Below, in pieces: positions 19,000-29,621 of a stretch of 64,000 bases of DNA. Position 1 is the stretch's first letter; each line of letters begins with the position of its first letter. A program made the translations under genes and the position numbers. The stretch is from Actinomycetota bacterium (GTDB taxonomy: Bacteria; Actinomycetota; Acidimicrobiia; IMCC26256; PALSA-610). The notes under the pieces are model-generated. The model did not search any database. It worked only from the letters and a program-made list of their open reading frames with translations, and was not told the origin of the DNA. The DNA is taken from assembly GCA_005773635.1 (NCBI GenBank), contig SXHN01000079.1:5304-69303 (forward strand), in the 5' to 3' direction.

Positions 19000-21828
19000 T
19001 TAGGCAGCTCGAGTTTTGACCGAGGAAAAATAGGGCCCTTGCGCGTAGTCGCAATCGAGTTGGATGAGAGCTCGTACATCATCGACGGTGGCGACGCCAT
19101 CAGCGATGATTGCAAAGCCAACTGAGTGGGCCAGCGCGATTACGGCTGCGACGATGGCTTGACCGGGTGCATCAATAGCTACCTCGGCGTAAAAAGAGTG
19201 CGCGAGCTTGACGAAGTCGACATCGATTTTACGCAAGATTGCGACTGAGGTTGAGCTCTTCCCGAAGTCCGCAAGCGCGAGTTGGACGCCGATTTCGCGC
19301 AATCGTTGCAGTGTTGCAAGCGCGTGCTGCGGATCGCGCAGAACCCAGGACTCGGCCACTTCGATGCAGACTTGCCGGGGAGGTAACGAAGTACCGATGA
19401 GTGCCGACTGCACACCTTTGATCAATGACGTGTCGTCGAGATGCCGCGGCGACAATCCGACATGAAGCAGCGGAGCGTTGGTGTCACTGTCCCCGCGCCA
19501 ACGGGCTGCCTGAATGCAACCAGAGGACAACATGAGCCTGTCGAGTATTGCAGCGAGGCCCATTTCCGAGGCAGTCTCCGCCAGCGAGGTGTGTTCCAAA
19601 CAAGAACCATCGGGGCGATCCCACGCACAATGTGATTGGTACCCACGCACTTCGCGGTTGATAAGCCCAACGATCGGTAAGTACGAAATGGCAAGGGTGT
19701 GGTGCTCGATGGCCTGACGCAGCCCTATCTCCAGCGCGCGCCGATGCGAGTGTGCAGCGCGGAGCGCGGCGTCGAATATTTCTATCCGGCTGCGACCTTC
19801 GTGTTTCGCCCGGTACACCGCTGCATCCGCATTGCGCATCAACGCGTCGGCACTTTGCGCACCATCGCTGATCGCGATGCCGATGCTCGCACCTACTGTC
19901 GCAGTGCGACTACCGACAGCGATTGGCGACTCGACAAGCAATGCAATTCTTTCTGCTATTTCGATCGCCTCAGCCGGGTCGTTGAGATCTTCGCAGAGTA
20001 CGACGAATTCATCGCCGCCCAACCGGGCGACGGTGTCTGCCTCGCGGGACGCTCGTCGGAGTCGTTGAGAGATTTCGATGAGGACGGCGTCGCCAGCTTG
20101 ATGCCCAAGGGTGTCATTAACCGCTTTGAACCTATCGAGATCAAGGAACAGCAGCGCCGTTGACCCGACATCAGTACGTCGGGAAAGCGCATGATCCAAA
20201 CGGTCGGCAAATGCAGATCGATTCAACAATGAGGTGAGCGCATCGTGGGTCGCGCCGTAGGAAAGCAACTCTTCGGATCGTTTCCTTTGAGTGACATCGG
20301 CGAGCATGAGAATGATTTGGGAGGGCGCACCCGACGCGTCGGTGATCAACGCAGCATCGGTGAGTGCCCACAGGACATTGTCTTGTCGGTTTACTAGCCG
20401 ATGCTCGATTTGGCGGGCCTTGTCCCCATTAAGAATCTCTCGTAGTCCGTCGGTAAATAGCCGCCGATCGTCCGCGAGGACGAAGTGGTCAATCGGCCTC
20501 GATACGAGTTCATCAAGTGAGTATCCAAGCATCGCGCAACCAGAAGGATTGAGGTCGCGAATACTTCCGTCGATATCGAGCAGAGCAAGGCATAGCGGAG
20601 CGTGTTCGAATGCCGCGCGAAACCGTTCTTGTGCTTCTCGTAGCGCTGCTTCGGTGCGTTTTCGTTGGGTAATGTTTCGCGCCGTTATGACGACGCCACC
20701 GATCGCGCCAAGATCGCCAAGGTTCTGACCAACGCATTCGAAGTCCCAGTAGGTGCCGTCGGCACTGCGCAATCGTAATTCGATGGGAGCGTCCGGGCCG
20801 CGCGTTCCGTCGAGTACCGCACTCAATCCGCTCGCCGCGATTTCGAGGTCTTCGGGGTGGACGAGTGAAAACACCCCGCCCTCTGGGTCGAAACCTTTCG
20901 GGTAACCGAGATGGCGGGTCCCCGCGTCGCTTGCCTCCCAATCGCCATCGGGATAGAGCACCGCAATGATGTCGGCGGAGTGATTGACCAACGCACTGAA
21001 TTTCGCTTCGCTGGTTGATAGCGCATTCGCGGCGCTGATCTCCGCACTGACATCTTCGATGCCGAGAATGAAACCCGGTGCATTGGTTGACACGCTGGCG
21101 GATGCCTTGAGTCGGTGGCCGTGCACTCGGGCGATGAAGGTACTGCCGTCGATGCGCCGAGCGGTGATATCTACATGAGGAGTGTGGTGTGGGTCCGCGA
21201 TGTGTGACCGGATCGCGGCAAGCGCCTCATTCGCAGAATCCGATTTGAACAGCGTGGTGAGCGAGGTAGTGGCTAGGTTCGACATTGTCGTTTTGAAGAG
21301 CTCGGCGAATGTTCGATTCGCGTGTACTTGTGCGTAGTCATCGGTGACGAGTGCGATCGCAAAGGGGGCGAACTCATGGAGTATCCGATAGCGATTTGCG
21401 ATTTCGTCTCGGTCGGTGAGCGATCGGCAGTGGAACACCAAACCTGCAACCTCAGGGTCGGCGAGCAAGTTGGTGGCAATTGTCTCGAAGCGGACCCAGG
21501 TGCCATCGGCGTGAGCGACTCGAACTTCAAACGGTTCTTTGACCCCGTGCGAGGAACTGGTCGAATTCAGTGCTGCAGCGGCTTCAGCCAGGTCGTCAGG
21601 ATGCAGGAGTGTCAACACATTGCTGCCGAGTAGGTCGGCTGGCTCATACCCCAGCAAGTCGCGGCCTGCGCCACTGCTGTAGAGGAGGTTCGCGTCCATA
21701 TCGGTCACGATTACCAGTTCAGAACCGTGCTCCAGGATCGCCGCAAGGCGCGTTGGGTCGATCGAGGCGCGCCGCGCCGCGCCGCTTTTCGAAGCGGGAT
21801 AGTGCCCGCTTGTTCCCGTACCGTCCAT
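19000..21828 (-). CDS. multi-PAS / GGDEF / degenerate-EAL c-di-GMP signalling protein
   Basis: Several PAS-like modules, then GGDEF (RLGGDEFVVL) preceded by RxxD (READ) five residues upstream. The C-terminal EAL-fold domain has most catalytic residues replaced (see finding). The start is uncertain: GTG at 21897 would overlap the divergent esterase start, so ATG at 21828 is used. Confidence 0.8.
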   Translation of the reverse strand: MDGTGTSGHYPASKSGAARRASIDPTRLAAILEHGSELVIVTDMDANLLYSSGAGRDLLGYEPADLLGSNVLTLLHPDDLAEAAAALNSTSSSHGVKEPFEVRVAHADGTWVRFETIATNLLADPEVAGLVFHCRSLTDRDEIANRYRILHEFAPFAIALVTDDYAQVHANRTFAELFKTTMSNLATTSLTTLFKSDSANEALAAIRSHIADPHHTPHVDITARRIDGSTFIARVHGHRLKASASVSTNAPGFILGIEDVSAEISAANALSTSEAKFSALVNHSADIIAVLYPDGDWEASDAGTRHLGYPKGFDPEGGVFSLVHPEDLEIAASGLSAVLDGTRGPDAPIELRLRSADGTYWDFECVGQNLGDLGAIGGVVITARNITQRKRTEAALREAQERFRAAFEHAPLCLALLDIDGSIRDLNPSGCAMLGYSLDELVSRPIDHFVLADDRRLFTDGLREILNGDKARQIEHRLVNRQDNVLWALTDAALITDASGAPSQIILMLADVTQRKRSEELLSYGATHDALTSLLNRSAFADRLDHALSRRTDVGSTALLFLDLDRFKAVNDTLGHQAGDAVLIEISQRLRRASREADTVARLGGDEFVVLCEDLNDPAEAIEIAERIALLVESPIAVGSRTATVGASIGIAISDGAQSADALMRNADAAVYRAKHEGRSRIEIFDAALRAAHSHRRALEIGLRQAIEHHTLAISYLPIVGLINREVRGYQSHCAWDRPDGSCLEHTSLAETASEMGLAAILDRLMLSSGCIQAARWRGDSDTNAPLLHVGLSPRHLDDTSLIKGVQSALIGTSLPPRQVCIEVAESWVLRDPQHALATLQRLREIGVQLALADFGKSSTSVAILRKIDVDFVKLAHSFYAEVAIDAPGQAIVAAVIALAHSVGFAIIADGVATVDDVRALIQLDCDYAQGPYFSSVKTRAA

Positions 21829-21890
21829 TTCGTAGCTGGTATCGGGTATTCGAGATGCCTGCTGTAGACCGAGTCTGACATGCTTGGCGC

Positions 21891-23393
21891 ATGACACGTG
21901 TAGTGCGAGTTGTCTCGTCGGGCGTCGTGGCCGGTACTCAATTTGAACGAGGAGTGCAACGGTTCTGTGGGATTCGGTACGCGGTTGCTGAGCGGTTTGC
22001 TCGGCCGACTGCGTTGCCCCTATTGGGTGAGATAGACGCTACCGATTTTGGCGATGCTTGCCCGCAGATGCCGGTGTTCTCGCCGTTGGTGCCGGGCGGG
22101 GCGTTGGGCGTGGCGGAATCGGAAGACTGTTTGCATCTCAACGTATGGATTCCCGAAGGTGCAGGGCCGTTTCCAGTATTGGTCTGGATTCACGGTGGCT
22201 CGTTCATTACCGGCGCGGCATCGCAAGCGATGTACGACGGCTCGCCCCTCGCGGGTCTCGGCGTTGTGGTGGTGTCGGTTAACTATCGAGTGGGCCCGCT
22301 CGGATTTCTCGACCTTCGCTCAATAGATGGCGCCGACCCGACTTGGACCGCAAATGCAGGGTTACACGATCAGGTGGCTGCCTTCAACTGGGTGCGCAAC
22401 CACATCGCCGAATTCGCGGGTGATGCAGCAAACGTGACGGTGATGGGTGAGAGCGCTGGGGGTGGGTCGATCTTGCACTTGCTCGGGGCTTCGCAACGAT
22501 CGACGTGGTTCGACCGCGCAATTGTGTTCAGTGGATCTGCGGGATTCACATTCGAACCGAGCGACGCGGCGACTATCGCATCGCGGTTCGTGGCTGGGTC
22601 CGGGACGCCAATTTCGCAACTCTCGTCGGTCGATGTTTCGACTTTGATTGCGGCGATCGGCGGCACGATGAGCGATCCCGATGTGTATGCACTCGCGGGG
22701 ATGATGCCGTTTCATCCGTCGATCGATGGCGACTTGGTGCTCGACACTCCGATGGCCGGTTTGCAACGAGGCGCCGCGACGGGTTGCGACGTGTGGCTCT
22801 CAACGACCCGCGATGAGATGGCTTTGTTTGTTGATGCGTCACCGATGGAGCCTTCGAAATTGGCGAAGCGGGCCGCTCGATACGCAGGCCTTGACATTGC
22901 AACGGCTGAACAACTGGTTGAGAGCTACCGCAAGCAACTTATGGGTGAAGGCCTTGAAACCGAAGCAGTCAACGTCTGGGCCGCGATCTTGAGTGATCGA
23001 GAAATGACGTTGCCGATCCGAGGGTTGCTTGATGCGGCAGTAGCAGGAGCCGGCAATGTGTTCGGGTCGTTATTCACCTGGGACTCACCACCGCGCGCCG
23101 ATGGCCGGCCGGTAGGTGCTGCCCACGCAACCGATTTGCCGTTCATCTTCGACAGCTTCGATGTGGACGGATGGGCGGAGTTCGTCGGCGCTACCGGTCC
23201 TGATCGTGAATCGATCGCCAAGGTCGCGTCGCGGGCATTGCAATCATCGATCGTGAAGTTTTGCAGCGACGGTGACCCAGGGTGGCCTCAGTGGTCAGAC
23301 GACCGAGCGATGTGCACGTTTGGCGAACTACTTAAGGTCCAGCATGATCCGTTGCGGGCACCCGCTGAGTTGTGGGAAGCCATCGCTTCATGA
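21891..23393 (+). CDS. carboxylesterase type B (para-nitrobenzyl esterase-like)
   Basis: N-terminal F.GIRYA, oxyanion WIHGGSF, and nucleophile elbow GESAGG; 500 aa. Confidence 0.85.
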   Translation: MTRVVRVVSSGVVAGTQFERGVQRFCGIRYAVAERFARPTALPLLGEIDATDFGDACPQMPVFSPLVPGGALGVAESEDCLHLNVWIPEGAGPFPVLVWIHGGSFITGAASQAMYDGSPLAGLGVVVVSVNYRVGPLGFLDLRSIDGADPTWTANAGLHDQVAAFNWVRNHIAEFAGDAANVTVMGESAGGGSILHLLGASQRSTWFDRAIVFSGSAGFTFEPSDAATIASRFVAGSGTPISQLSSVDVSTLIAAIGGTMSDPDVYALAGMMPFHPSIDGDLVLDTPMAGLQRGAATGCDVWLSTTRDEMALFVDASPMEPSKLAKRAARYAGLDIATAEQLVESYRKQLMGEGLETEAVNVWAAILSDREMTLPIRGLLDAAVAGAGNVFGSLFTWDSPPRADGRPVGAAHATDLPFIFDSFDVDGWAEFVGATGPDRESIAKVASRALQSSIVKFCSDGDPGWPQWSDDRAMCTFGELLKVQHDPLRAPAELWEAIAS

Positions 23394-24044
23394 CAGCGGG
23401 GCGCGCGGTTTTGGCGCCGGGAACGCGTTTCTTGCAATGCCAAGTTCGAGGGCTGTGTGGGTGCGGGCATGCTCCAACATGGTTGCGGAATCCATCGTGG
23501 AGTGCATCACGACTTGGAGGCCGAGGCCGTCAAGCATCGAAGCGATTCGCCAGGCCGCGTCGCTCGGGCTCGCGCACACAAAGGTGCCGTTAGCAACGCC
23601 GTCGGCGATGACTCGTTCCATCACGTCGACCCAGGTTGAGTCGAGCTCCTGCGAGATTGCCTTCAGCTTCGGGTTGCGTAGAGCTTCCCCCCATGCGTCA
23701 ATCCACAGTTTCCAGCTCACATCGGATGGCCCCGGTAGATACTCGCGAAGTGTGCGGTCGATGCGTTCGATCGGATCGCGTCCCAGCGCGACAGTGTGTT
23801 CTAGCCTCAATAGGTCGAGATCTGCTGCGTACCGGAGGGTCTCGCTCAGTAGTTCGTCTTTCGACGAAAAGTGATAGTGGATGAGCCCGGTTGACACCCC
23901 CAGTGAGGACGCGACGTCGGTGATTCGAGTACCGGCGAATCCGAATTGCAGCACCAGCGTGTGGGTCGCGCGCAGGATCTCCTCTCGGCGCTGATCCGGC
24001 AAGAATCGATTGCGGGTGCGTCGGTTCTTCGCGCCTTGCGTCAC
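23388..24044 (-). CDS. TetR family transcriptional regulator
   Basis: N-terminal HTH ...REEILRATHTLVLQFGFAGTRITDVASSLGVSTGLIHYHFSSKDELL. Its 3' end overlaps the esterase stop by 6 nt, and it is divergent from the ABC ATPase gene. Confidence 0.85.
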   Translation of the reverse strand: MTQGAKNRRTRNRFLPDQRREEILRATHTLVLQFGFAGTRITDVASSLGVSTGLIHYHFSSKDELLSETLRYAADLDLLRLEHTVALGRDPIERIDRTLREYLPGPSDVSWKLWIDAWGEALRNPKLKAISQELDSTWVDVMERVIADGVANGTFVCASPSDAAWRIASMLDGLGLQVVMHSTMDSATMLEHARTHTALELGIARNAFPAPKPRAPLS

Positions 24045-24158
24045 GTGGTCACTGTACTGATTTATGGGCTTGCACTCGGATTGTCAGCATTGGTCACAAC
24101 GCTCTAGGTGTGCGAAGCGATTGGTTGCACGGATCGTCGCTTTCGAAGATAATGCGCT

Positions 24159-25310
24159 GTGCCTACTTCACGATCTGGCGGAGAAATCGAACTTCGAGGC
24201 CTTTCGAAGCGTTTCGGTGATTTCGTGGCGCTTGACGCCATTGACCTCGATGTTCACGGCGGCGAGTTCTTCAGCCTGCTCGGCCCGTCGGGGTGCGGTA
24301 AAAGCACCACCTTGCGCCTGATTGGGGGCTTCGAGGCGCCCACAGCTGGAGTGGTGCGAGTTGATGGCATCGATTTGGCCTCCACTGCGGCCCATAACCG
24401 TCCGGTGAATACGGTGTTTCAGAGTTATGCGCTGTTCCCGCATATGTCGGTTGAAAAGAACGTCGCCTATGGACTTCGATGGCGCGATGGAGTCACCAAG
24501 GCCGAACGGATTCGGCGTGTCGGTGAAGCCATTGCGATGGTCGAACTCCAAGGCCTTGAGCAGCGACGCCCAGCGCAGTTATCAGGTGGGCAACAACAGC
24601 GAGTGGCGTTGGCGCGCGCGTTGGTCTTGAAACCGTCGGTCTTGTTGCTCGACGAGCCGCTGGGCGCGCTTGATGCGAAGTTGCGCAAAACCCTCCAACA
24701 CGAACTCTCAACGCTCCAGCGTGACGTTGGAATCACCTTCGTCTATGTCACCCACGATCAGGAAGAAGCACTCACGATGAGTGATCGGCTTGCAGTGATG
24801 GATCGCGGCCGTATCGTGCAGATCGGTACACCTAAAGAGGTCTATGAGTCGCCAGCTACCACCTACGTCGCGGATTTCCTTGGAGTGGCGAATTTGCTGG
24901 ATGCCGTGGCAGTGGATGACACGACAGTATTGGTGAGCGGCGTCGCGCTGCGAGCTGAAGTTGGCGTTGTACGCGGACCGGTGAAAACGGTCGTTCGTCC
25001 TGAACGAGTTCGCTTGTCGGCCTACGGTTCCGACGAAACGGGTGCGCTCGAATCCAACGCGCTGACCGGCCTCGTAGAACGTGTGGTGTACCTGGGCGCT
25101 ACGAGCCATGTCGTCGTGCGCCTTGCAGACGGAGCGACGGTGCAAGCGATGGTGCCCAACAGCGAGGGTGCCGTGGATGTATCAGCGGGTACTCCAGTTC
25201 GTGTGCAAATTCCCGTTGATGCCATTCGGGTCCTAGTGGCAGACGAGATCGATCTTGTTTCGAGTGAAGCGGGCGAACGCAGTGAACTTGAGGTTCAAGC
25301 TTCGCGTTAG
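24159..25310 (+). CDS. ABC transporter ATP-binding protein, PotA/POPT-family type with a C-terminal TOBE-like domain
   Basis: Walker [11 protein letters not shown]-loop, signature [15 protein letters not shown], Walker B LLLDEP and H-loop. GTG start. Substrate not assignable. Confidence 0.85.
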   Translation: MPTSRSGGEIELRGLSKRFGDFVALDAIDLDVHGGEFFSLLGPSGCGKSTTLRLIGGFEAPTAGVVRVDGIDLASTAAHNRPVNTVFQSYALFPHMSVEKNVAYGLRWRDGVTKAERIRRVGEAIAMVELQGLEQRRPAQLSGGQQQRVALARALVLKPSVLLLDEPLGALDAKLRKTLQHELSTLQRDVGITFVYVTHDQEEALTMSDRLAVMDRGRIVQIGTPKEVYESPATTYVADFLGVANLLDAVAVDDTTVLVSGVALRAEVGVVRGPVKTVVRPERVRLSAYGSDETGALESNALTGLVERVVYLGATSHVVVRLADGATVQAMVPNSEGAVDVSAGTPVRVQIPVDAIRVLVADEIDLVSSEAGERSELEVQASR

Positions 25311-25324
25311 TCATACTTCTACCC

Positions 25325-26416
25325 ATGACGAACGAACCGTTGCGGCTTGGAGTGATCGGCTGCGGGATGATCGCTCAAGCCCATGCTGCAGCGATTCGAT
25401 TGAATGCCGACGATGGTCTCGTTCGTTGCGTTGCGGCCGCCGATCCGAACCCAGATGGCGTTGATCGATTCGCAGCCATTGTCGGTGGTGTTCAGCACCG
25501 TTTCAACGATGGCATGTCGTTGATCGACCATCCCGAAGTTGACGCGGTCGTATTGATTACTCCAACGCGGTTCCACCGCGACTATGTGCTTGCGGTGTGT
25601 GCATCGGGAAAACCACTGTTCAGTGAAAAGCCGCTGGCTCCTACGTTCGATGTGGTGCGCGAACTGTGTGGAGCGGTGCGTACTAGTGGTATTTCTGCGC
25701 AAGTTGGGTTTCAATCCAGGTTTCATCCGATCGTTCGTCGGCTCAGGGAGATTGTCAACACAGGTGAGCTCGGTGCTCCAATGGGGTACTCGTTGCGCGA
25801 CGATCAGTATTGGCCGACCGGCGACGTTGTTCCGGGTCACACAAGTTGGCGCTCGGATCTGTTCGAATCGGGGGGCGGTGCGCTGCTCGAACATTCGATC
25901 CACTCGTGCGATGTGTTGGCGTGGCTCTTTGGCCCGGCAATTCGCGTGTTCGCGACGAAACGTCATGTATTCGGCTATTCGGTTGAAGACACCGCAGCGA
26001 TGACAATCGAGCATGTTGGCGGTGTCATTGGGAACCTCGTGACGATCTTCAATGGGGTTCGAGGCCGAGAAGAACGTCGCCTTGAGGTGTTTTTCGAACG
26101 CGGCACAATCGAGCTGACCACCGATTTCTTGGTAGGGGCGCCCGAAGATTCTCTTTTGATTCAGCGACCAGATCAACCTCCGGAGCGCATCGACGTCGCG
26201 GCACTGCGGGGCGACTGGTTTAAGAGGGACGGTTGCGACCCTGAACGGCAATACTTCGTGTATCAATACTTTGCCCATCGAGCCTTTGCGCAGGCGCTGC
26301 GCGACAACACGCCGATGAGCCCGGGCTTCGAAGACGCACTCCTTGCGCATTCGATCGTGGAGGCGGGATACCGATCCTGCGACTCAGGGATGCCGGTGTT
26401 GGTCAGCGATCTCTGA
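25325..26416 (+). CDS. Gfo/Idh/MocA family oxidoreductase
   Basis: N-terminal Rossmann LRLGVIGCGMIAQAHA, then the EKPLA motif (SEKPLAP); 363 aa. Starts 15 nt after the ATPase stop. Confidence 0.85.
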   Translation: MTNEPLRLGVIGCGMIAQAHAAAIRLNADDGLVRCVAAADPNPDGVDRFAAIVGGVQHRFNDGMSLIDHPEVDAVVLITPTRFHRDYVLAVCASGKPLFSEKPLAPTFDVVRELCGAVRTSGISAQVGFQSRFHPIVRRLREIVNTGELGAPMGYSLRDDQYWPTGDVVPGHTSWRSDLFESGGGALLEHSIHSCDVLAWLFGPAIRVFATKRHVFGYSVEDTAAMTIEHVGGVIGNLVTIFNGVRGREERRLEVFFERGTIELTTDFLVGAPEDSLLIQRPDQPPERIDVAALRGDWFKRDGCDPERQYFVYQYFAHRAFAQALRDNTPMSPGFEDALLAHSIVEAGYRSCDSGMPVLVSDL

Positions 26417-26421
26417 GCAGA

Positions 26422-27312
26422 TCAGACGTCGAGCCCAGCAAAATCCTCTACTACGCTGCCCGTCGTGCCGTTGTGACGGCGCCAGAGCTTGAGGCCAGCC
26501 ATTGCGAACAAGATCGCGAGCAGCGTCACCGCCAACATGATTGTCGCAAGCGCGTTGACCGCCGGGGTTTGCGTGCCGCGAAATGAGTTGTAGATCTTCA
26601 TCGGCACAGTCTCGCTACTCGCATCTGCCGACAGAAACTGACTCACCACAAAGTCGTCGATGCTCGTCGCGAATACCACCATCAACGAGGCGAAAATGGC
26701 CGGGCTGAGCAATGGCATGATGATTGTGCGCAGAGCCTGCATCGGCGTTGCACCGAGATCCTGCGCGGCATCCTCAAAGTCGCGGCCCAAGGTGAGTAGT
26801 CGCCCTCTGACCACAATGACGACCGTTGAAAGGCTCAACGTGACATGCCCAAGCAGTTGGGCAGTAGAGCCGAGTTGAATCGCGGTAAACATCGTGGTGA
26901 AGCACAGGTACAGCGCGCTTGCGAACACGATCTCGGGAGTCACGAGCGGAACAAGCATCAACATGTTGGCGGGTTTTTGGCCGTAGCCGCGCCAACGGGT
27001 GAGCCCGATGGCCATTGCCACGCCGAGCGGCGCACAGATGGCCATGGTAAGCAGCGCCAGCTTGATTGAATTGCCAAGCGCATTGTGCAGCGTTGCGTCG
27101 TGCCACACCGAGCGGTTCGGGTCTCCCCAATACCAACGAGTCGAGAAACCTTGCCAGGTACTGCGCGAACGCCCCTTGTTGAACGAGAATTGAATTGCAA
27201 CGATTACCGGCACGATGGCCCACGCAAGGTAGAGCCATGTCACGGCGGCGAGCACCCGTGGTTTACGCCAGGGGTTCGACCACCACCGGCCGATGGGGCC
27301 AAGGATGTTCAT
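26422..27312 (-). CDS. ABC transporter permease (PotC-like)
   Basis: Six TM segments and the EAA loop FEDAAQDLGATPMQALRTIIMPL. Its start overlaps the stop of the upstream permease. Confidence 0.85.
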   Translation of the reverse strand: MNILGPIGRWWSNPWRKPRVLAAVTWLYLAWAIVPVIVAIQFSFNKGRSRSTWQGFSTRWYWGDPNRSVWHDATLHNALGNSIKLALLTMAICAPLGVAMAIGLTRWRGYGQKPANMLMLVPLVTPEIVFASALYLCFTTMFTAIQLGSTAQLLGHVTLSLSTVVIVVRGRLLTLGRDFEDAAQDLGATPMQALRTIIMPLLSPAIFASLMVVFATSIDDFVVSQFLSADASSETVPMKIYNSFRGTQTPAVNALATIMLAVTLLAILFAMAGLKLWRRHNGTTGSVVEDFAGLDV

Positions 27313-28229
27313 CGCACATCCTTGGTGGCAGCGTTGCTTGCGTAAAGGTAGTAGCCCATGAGAATCGTCAAAAACAGTGTCAGTGAAAGCACAAGTGCCG
27401 CGCCGACGCCGCGAGATGTTGGCGACTGCACCGCGGATTGAATCTGATTGCCGATCATGTTGGTGCGAGGTGACGACGACAACAGTTGATTGGTGTAGTA
27501 GTCACCGAACATCGGCAATGCTGTGATGGCAGTTGCAGCGAGGATGCCTTGGCGCGCACTTGGCAACGTGACGTGAATAAACGTTCTGATGGTGCCCACT
27601 CCAAGATCTTTCGATGCTTCGAGGAGCCGGGTATCAATGCGGTCAAGGGATGCGAACAACGGGAGAATGAAAAACGGCACGTAGCCGTAGACCAGCCCGA
27701 GCACGATTGTGTACCACCGAGCGTCGAGCCAGTTGATCGGTCCCGACGTGATGTGCAGCGCTGCGAGAATGTCGTTGACGTAGCCGTCCTGTTGCAGCAG
27801 ATTCACCCAGGCCAACATACGCATGAGATACGAAATCCAAAACGGTGCAAGTAACAATGCGAGCATGAGGCCTCGGCGTTTCCCTGCGAAGCGCGCAACG
27901 TAGTAGGCGACCGGGAATCCGATGATGAAACAGAGCGCCATAGCTAACACGACGTATGTGCAAGTGCGCACGAACGGTTGTCCGAACACGCCGCTTTCGA
28001 GTCCGCGCCATACTTCGCGAAACGAATCTGCATTCCAATGTAGAGGGTTCCATTCGGGCTCACGCGCGCCGAAGAGCGGATCGTCGTATCCACTTGCTAT
28101 TGAAACGACGCCGTAGAAAGGGATAGCGAACAGCAGCACCAGCCAAGCGGTTCCCGGGAGCGCAAGTGTGGGCCAGAGCCATCGCGGCCGGCGATGTTCC
28201 ACTGGAGTTGACCGAAAATACTTGTGCAA
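27309..28229 (-). CDS. ABC transporter permease (PotB-like)
   Basis: Six TM segments and the EAA loop LLEASKDLGVGTIRTFIHVTLP. Confidence 0.85.
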   Translation of the reverse strand: MHKYFRSTPVEHRRPRWLWPTLALPGTAWLVLLFAIPFYGVVSIASGYDDPLFGAREPEWNPLHWNADSFREVWRGLESGVFGQPFVRTCTYVVLAMALCFIIGFPVAYYVARFAGKRRGLMLALLLAPFWISYLMRMLAWVNLLQQDGYVNDILAALHITSGPINWLDARWYTIVLGLVYGYVPFFILPLFASLDRIDTRLLEASKDLGVGTIRTFIHVTLPSARQGILAATAITALPMFGDYYTNQLLSSSPRTNMIGNQIQSAVQSPTSRGVGAALVLSLTLFLTILMGYYLYASNAATKDVR

Positions 28230-28250
28230 CGCGATTACTTTGCCCGTGGG

Positions 28251-29546
28251 CTAACTGCCCGCACCGCTGGTGAACTTCGCCCACTCATCTTCCCAAATTT
28301 TCTTACCCTTGGGCGAAAGTTGAAGCTCTTCATAGCCGTTCACGAAGTCTTGTTCTCGCACGACTGCAGTCAGCAGATTTTCGGGGATCACGCCGTCTTC
28401 GATGAGCGTCTCAGGAGTGATCGCCGTGAGCGGTTGCTGGTAGCCCGTGAACCCAATGTTCGTTCTTGCGTTGGTTTCATCGAGAATAAAATTGAGGAAT
28501 CGGTGTGCCAACACGGGTTTCGCGGCCTTGCGCCCAATGGTCCAACTGTCGCTTTGGATCAACCCTTTTCCATCGGGTTGGAACCAGTAGCCGAGTACCT
28601 CCGGGCCAAGATCCTCCGGAAGGTTGTACACGGCGTTGATCATGTCGCCGCTCCAGGTTTGGTGCACCCAGGCTTGGCCCTCGGGTAGTTTCGTGTAGCC
28701 CTGGCCGCTGATCTTTATGTTGACTGCACCGACCATTCGCTGCAACTCGGTGCCTGCTTTTGCGATGATTGCGGGGTCTTCAGTGTTGACATCAGTGAAG
28801 CCGAGGCGAAGCAACGCCATGGACAGCGCCTCACGGTCATCGTCAAGTACGAACGCGTAACCTTTGTGTTTCCGGTTGAACAGCATGTCAGTTGCGTCGG
28901 CAACCGTGGGCGGCGCGTCCGAAGGGTCTACTTTGTCAGTGCGATAGCCAATGCCCGTCGTGTAGATCGTGTACGGGATCGTGTACTGCGAGCCTTTGTC
29001 GTAGAACGGGTCTTGCAGCGAAGCCCAGACGTTGCTGAGATTTGCGATGTACGTTTTGTTCAGAGGTTGAATTAATCCGGCCGCCGCCAAAGTACCGAGC
29101 CGGTCGGGAGACATGTTGATGAGATCGAAATTCGCGGCGCCGCTTTGTAGTTTGTCGACTGCTTCGTTGATGTTCGCGAACGTCGTGAGCTCGACTTTGA
29201 CTTTGTATTCTTTTTCGAATGTCTTGACGGTTTCGGGGTCGAGATAGTCGGCATAGTTGAAGATCTTGAGCGTGCCGGATTCTGGATCAAGCCCATCTTT
29301 GATGGGATCGGCGCACAGTGGCAAAGTTGCGGGATTGTTTGGTCGCGACAGTTTCGGCGGCTCTCCGCACTTCGCATTGCCGCTCGGACCGCCTTGAGAC
29401 GTCGACACGGGGTCTTTGGAGTCGCTCCCGCACGCACTTAATAGTGTTGCGCCGCCGCCGAGCAGCAACGCGGTTGTCGCTGAATGGCGAAGGAACTCGC
29501 GACGGTCGTAGCTGCGTCTGCCGGTTGTTTCGCGACGATCGGCCAT
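28251..29546 (-). CDS. ABC transporter substrate-binding lipoprotein (polyamine/opine/phosphonate family-like), Tat-type signal
   Basis: The twin-arginine-like N-terminus (DRREFLRHSATTALLLGGGATLLSAC) ends in a lipobox Cys. The 431 aa type-2 SBP is encoded directly upstream of the PotB/PotC-like permeases. Confidence 0.8.
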   Translation of the reverse strand: MADRRETTGRRSYDRREFLRHSATTALLLGGGATLLSACGSDSKDPVSTSQGGPSGNAKCGEPPKLSRPNNPATLPLCADPIKDGLDPESGTLKIFNYADYLDPETVKTFEKEYKVKVELTTFANINEAVDKLQSGAANFDLINMSPDRLGTLAAAGLIQPLNKTYIANLSNVWASLQDPFYDKGSQYTIPYTIYTTGIGYRTDKVDPSDAPPTVADATDMLFNRKHKGYAFVLDDDREALSMALLRLGFTDVNTEDPAIIAKAGTELQRMVGAVNIKISGQGYTKLPEGQAWVHQTWSGDMINAVYNLPEDLGPEVLGYWFQPDGKGLIQSDSWTIGRKAAKPVLAHRFLNFILDETNARTNIGFTGYQQPLTAITPETLIEDGVIPENLLTAVVREQDFVNGYEELQLSPKGKKIWEDEWAKFTSGAGS

Positions 29547-29621
29547 GTGTGCCTCTCCAACCCAAGGAGTTAACTGAACGGTCAGTCAGACCGTAGCTCA
29601 AATGGTCCGTCCGATCCACCC

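Noticed and set aside
24045-24100. Direct repeat TGGTCAC x2 in the TetR/ABC-ATPase divergent region, considered as a candidate operator
   Set aside because: The repeats are only 7 nt, ~45 nt apart, with no dyad symmetry typical of TetR operators. This is indistinguishable from chance.
25319-26350. 343 aa minus-strand ORF opposite the Gfo/Idh/MocA gene
   Set aside because: The plus-strand product has the family Rossmann and EKP motifs. The antisense product is Arg-rich without motifs, so it is a shadow ORF.
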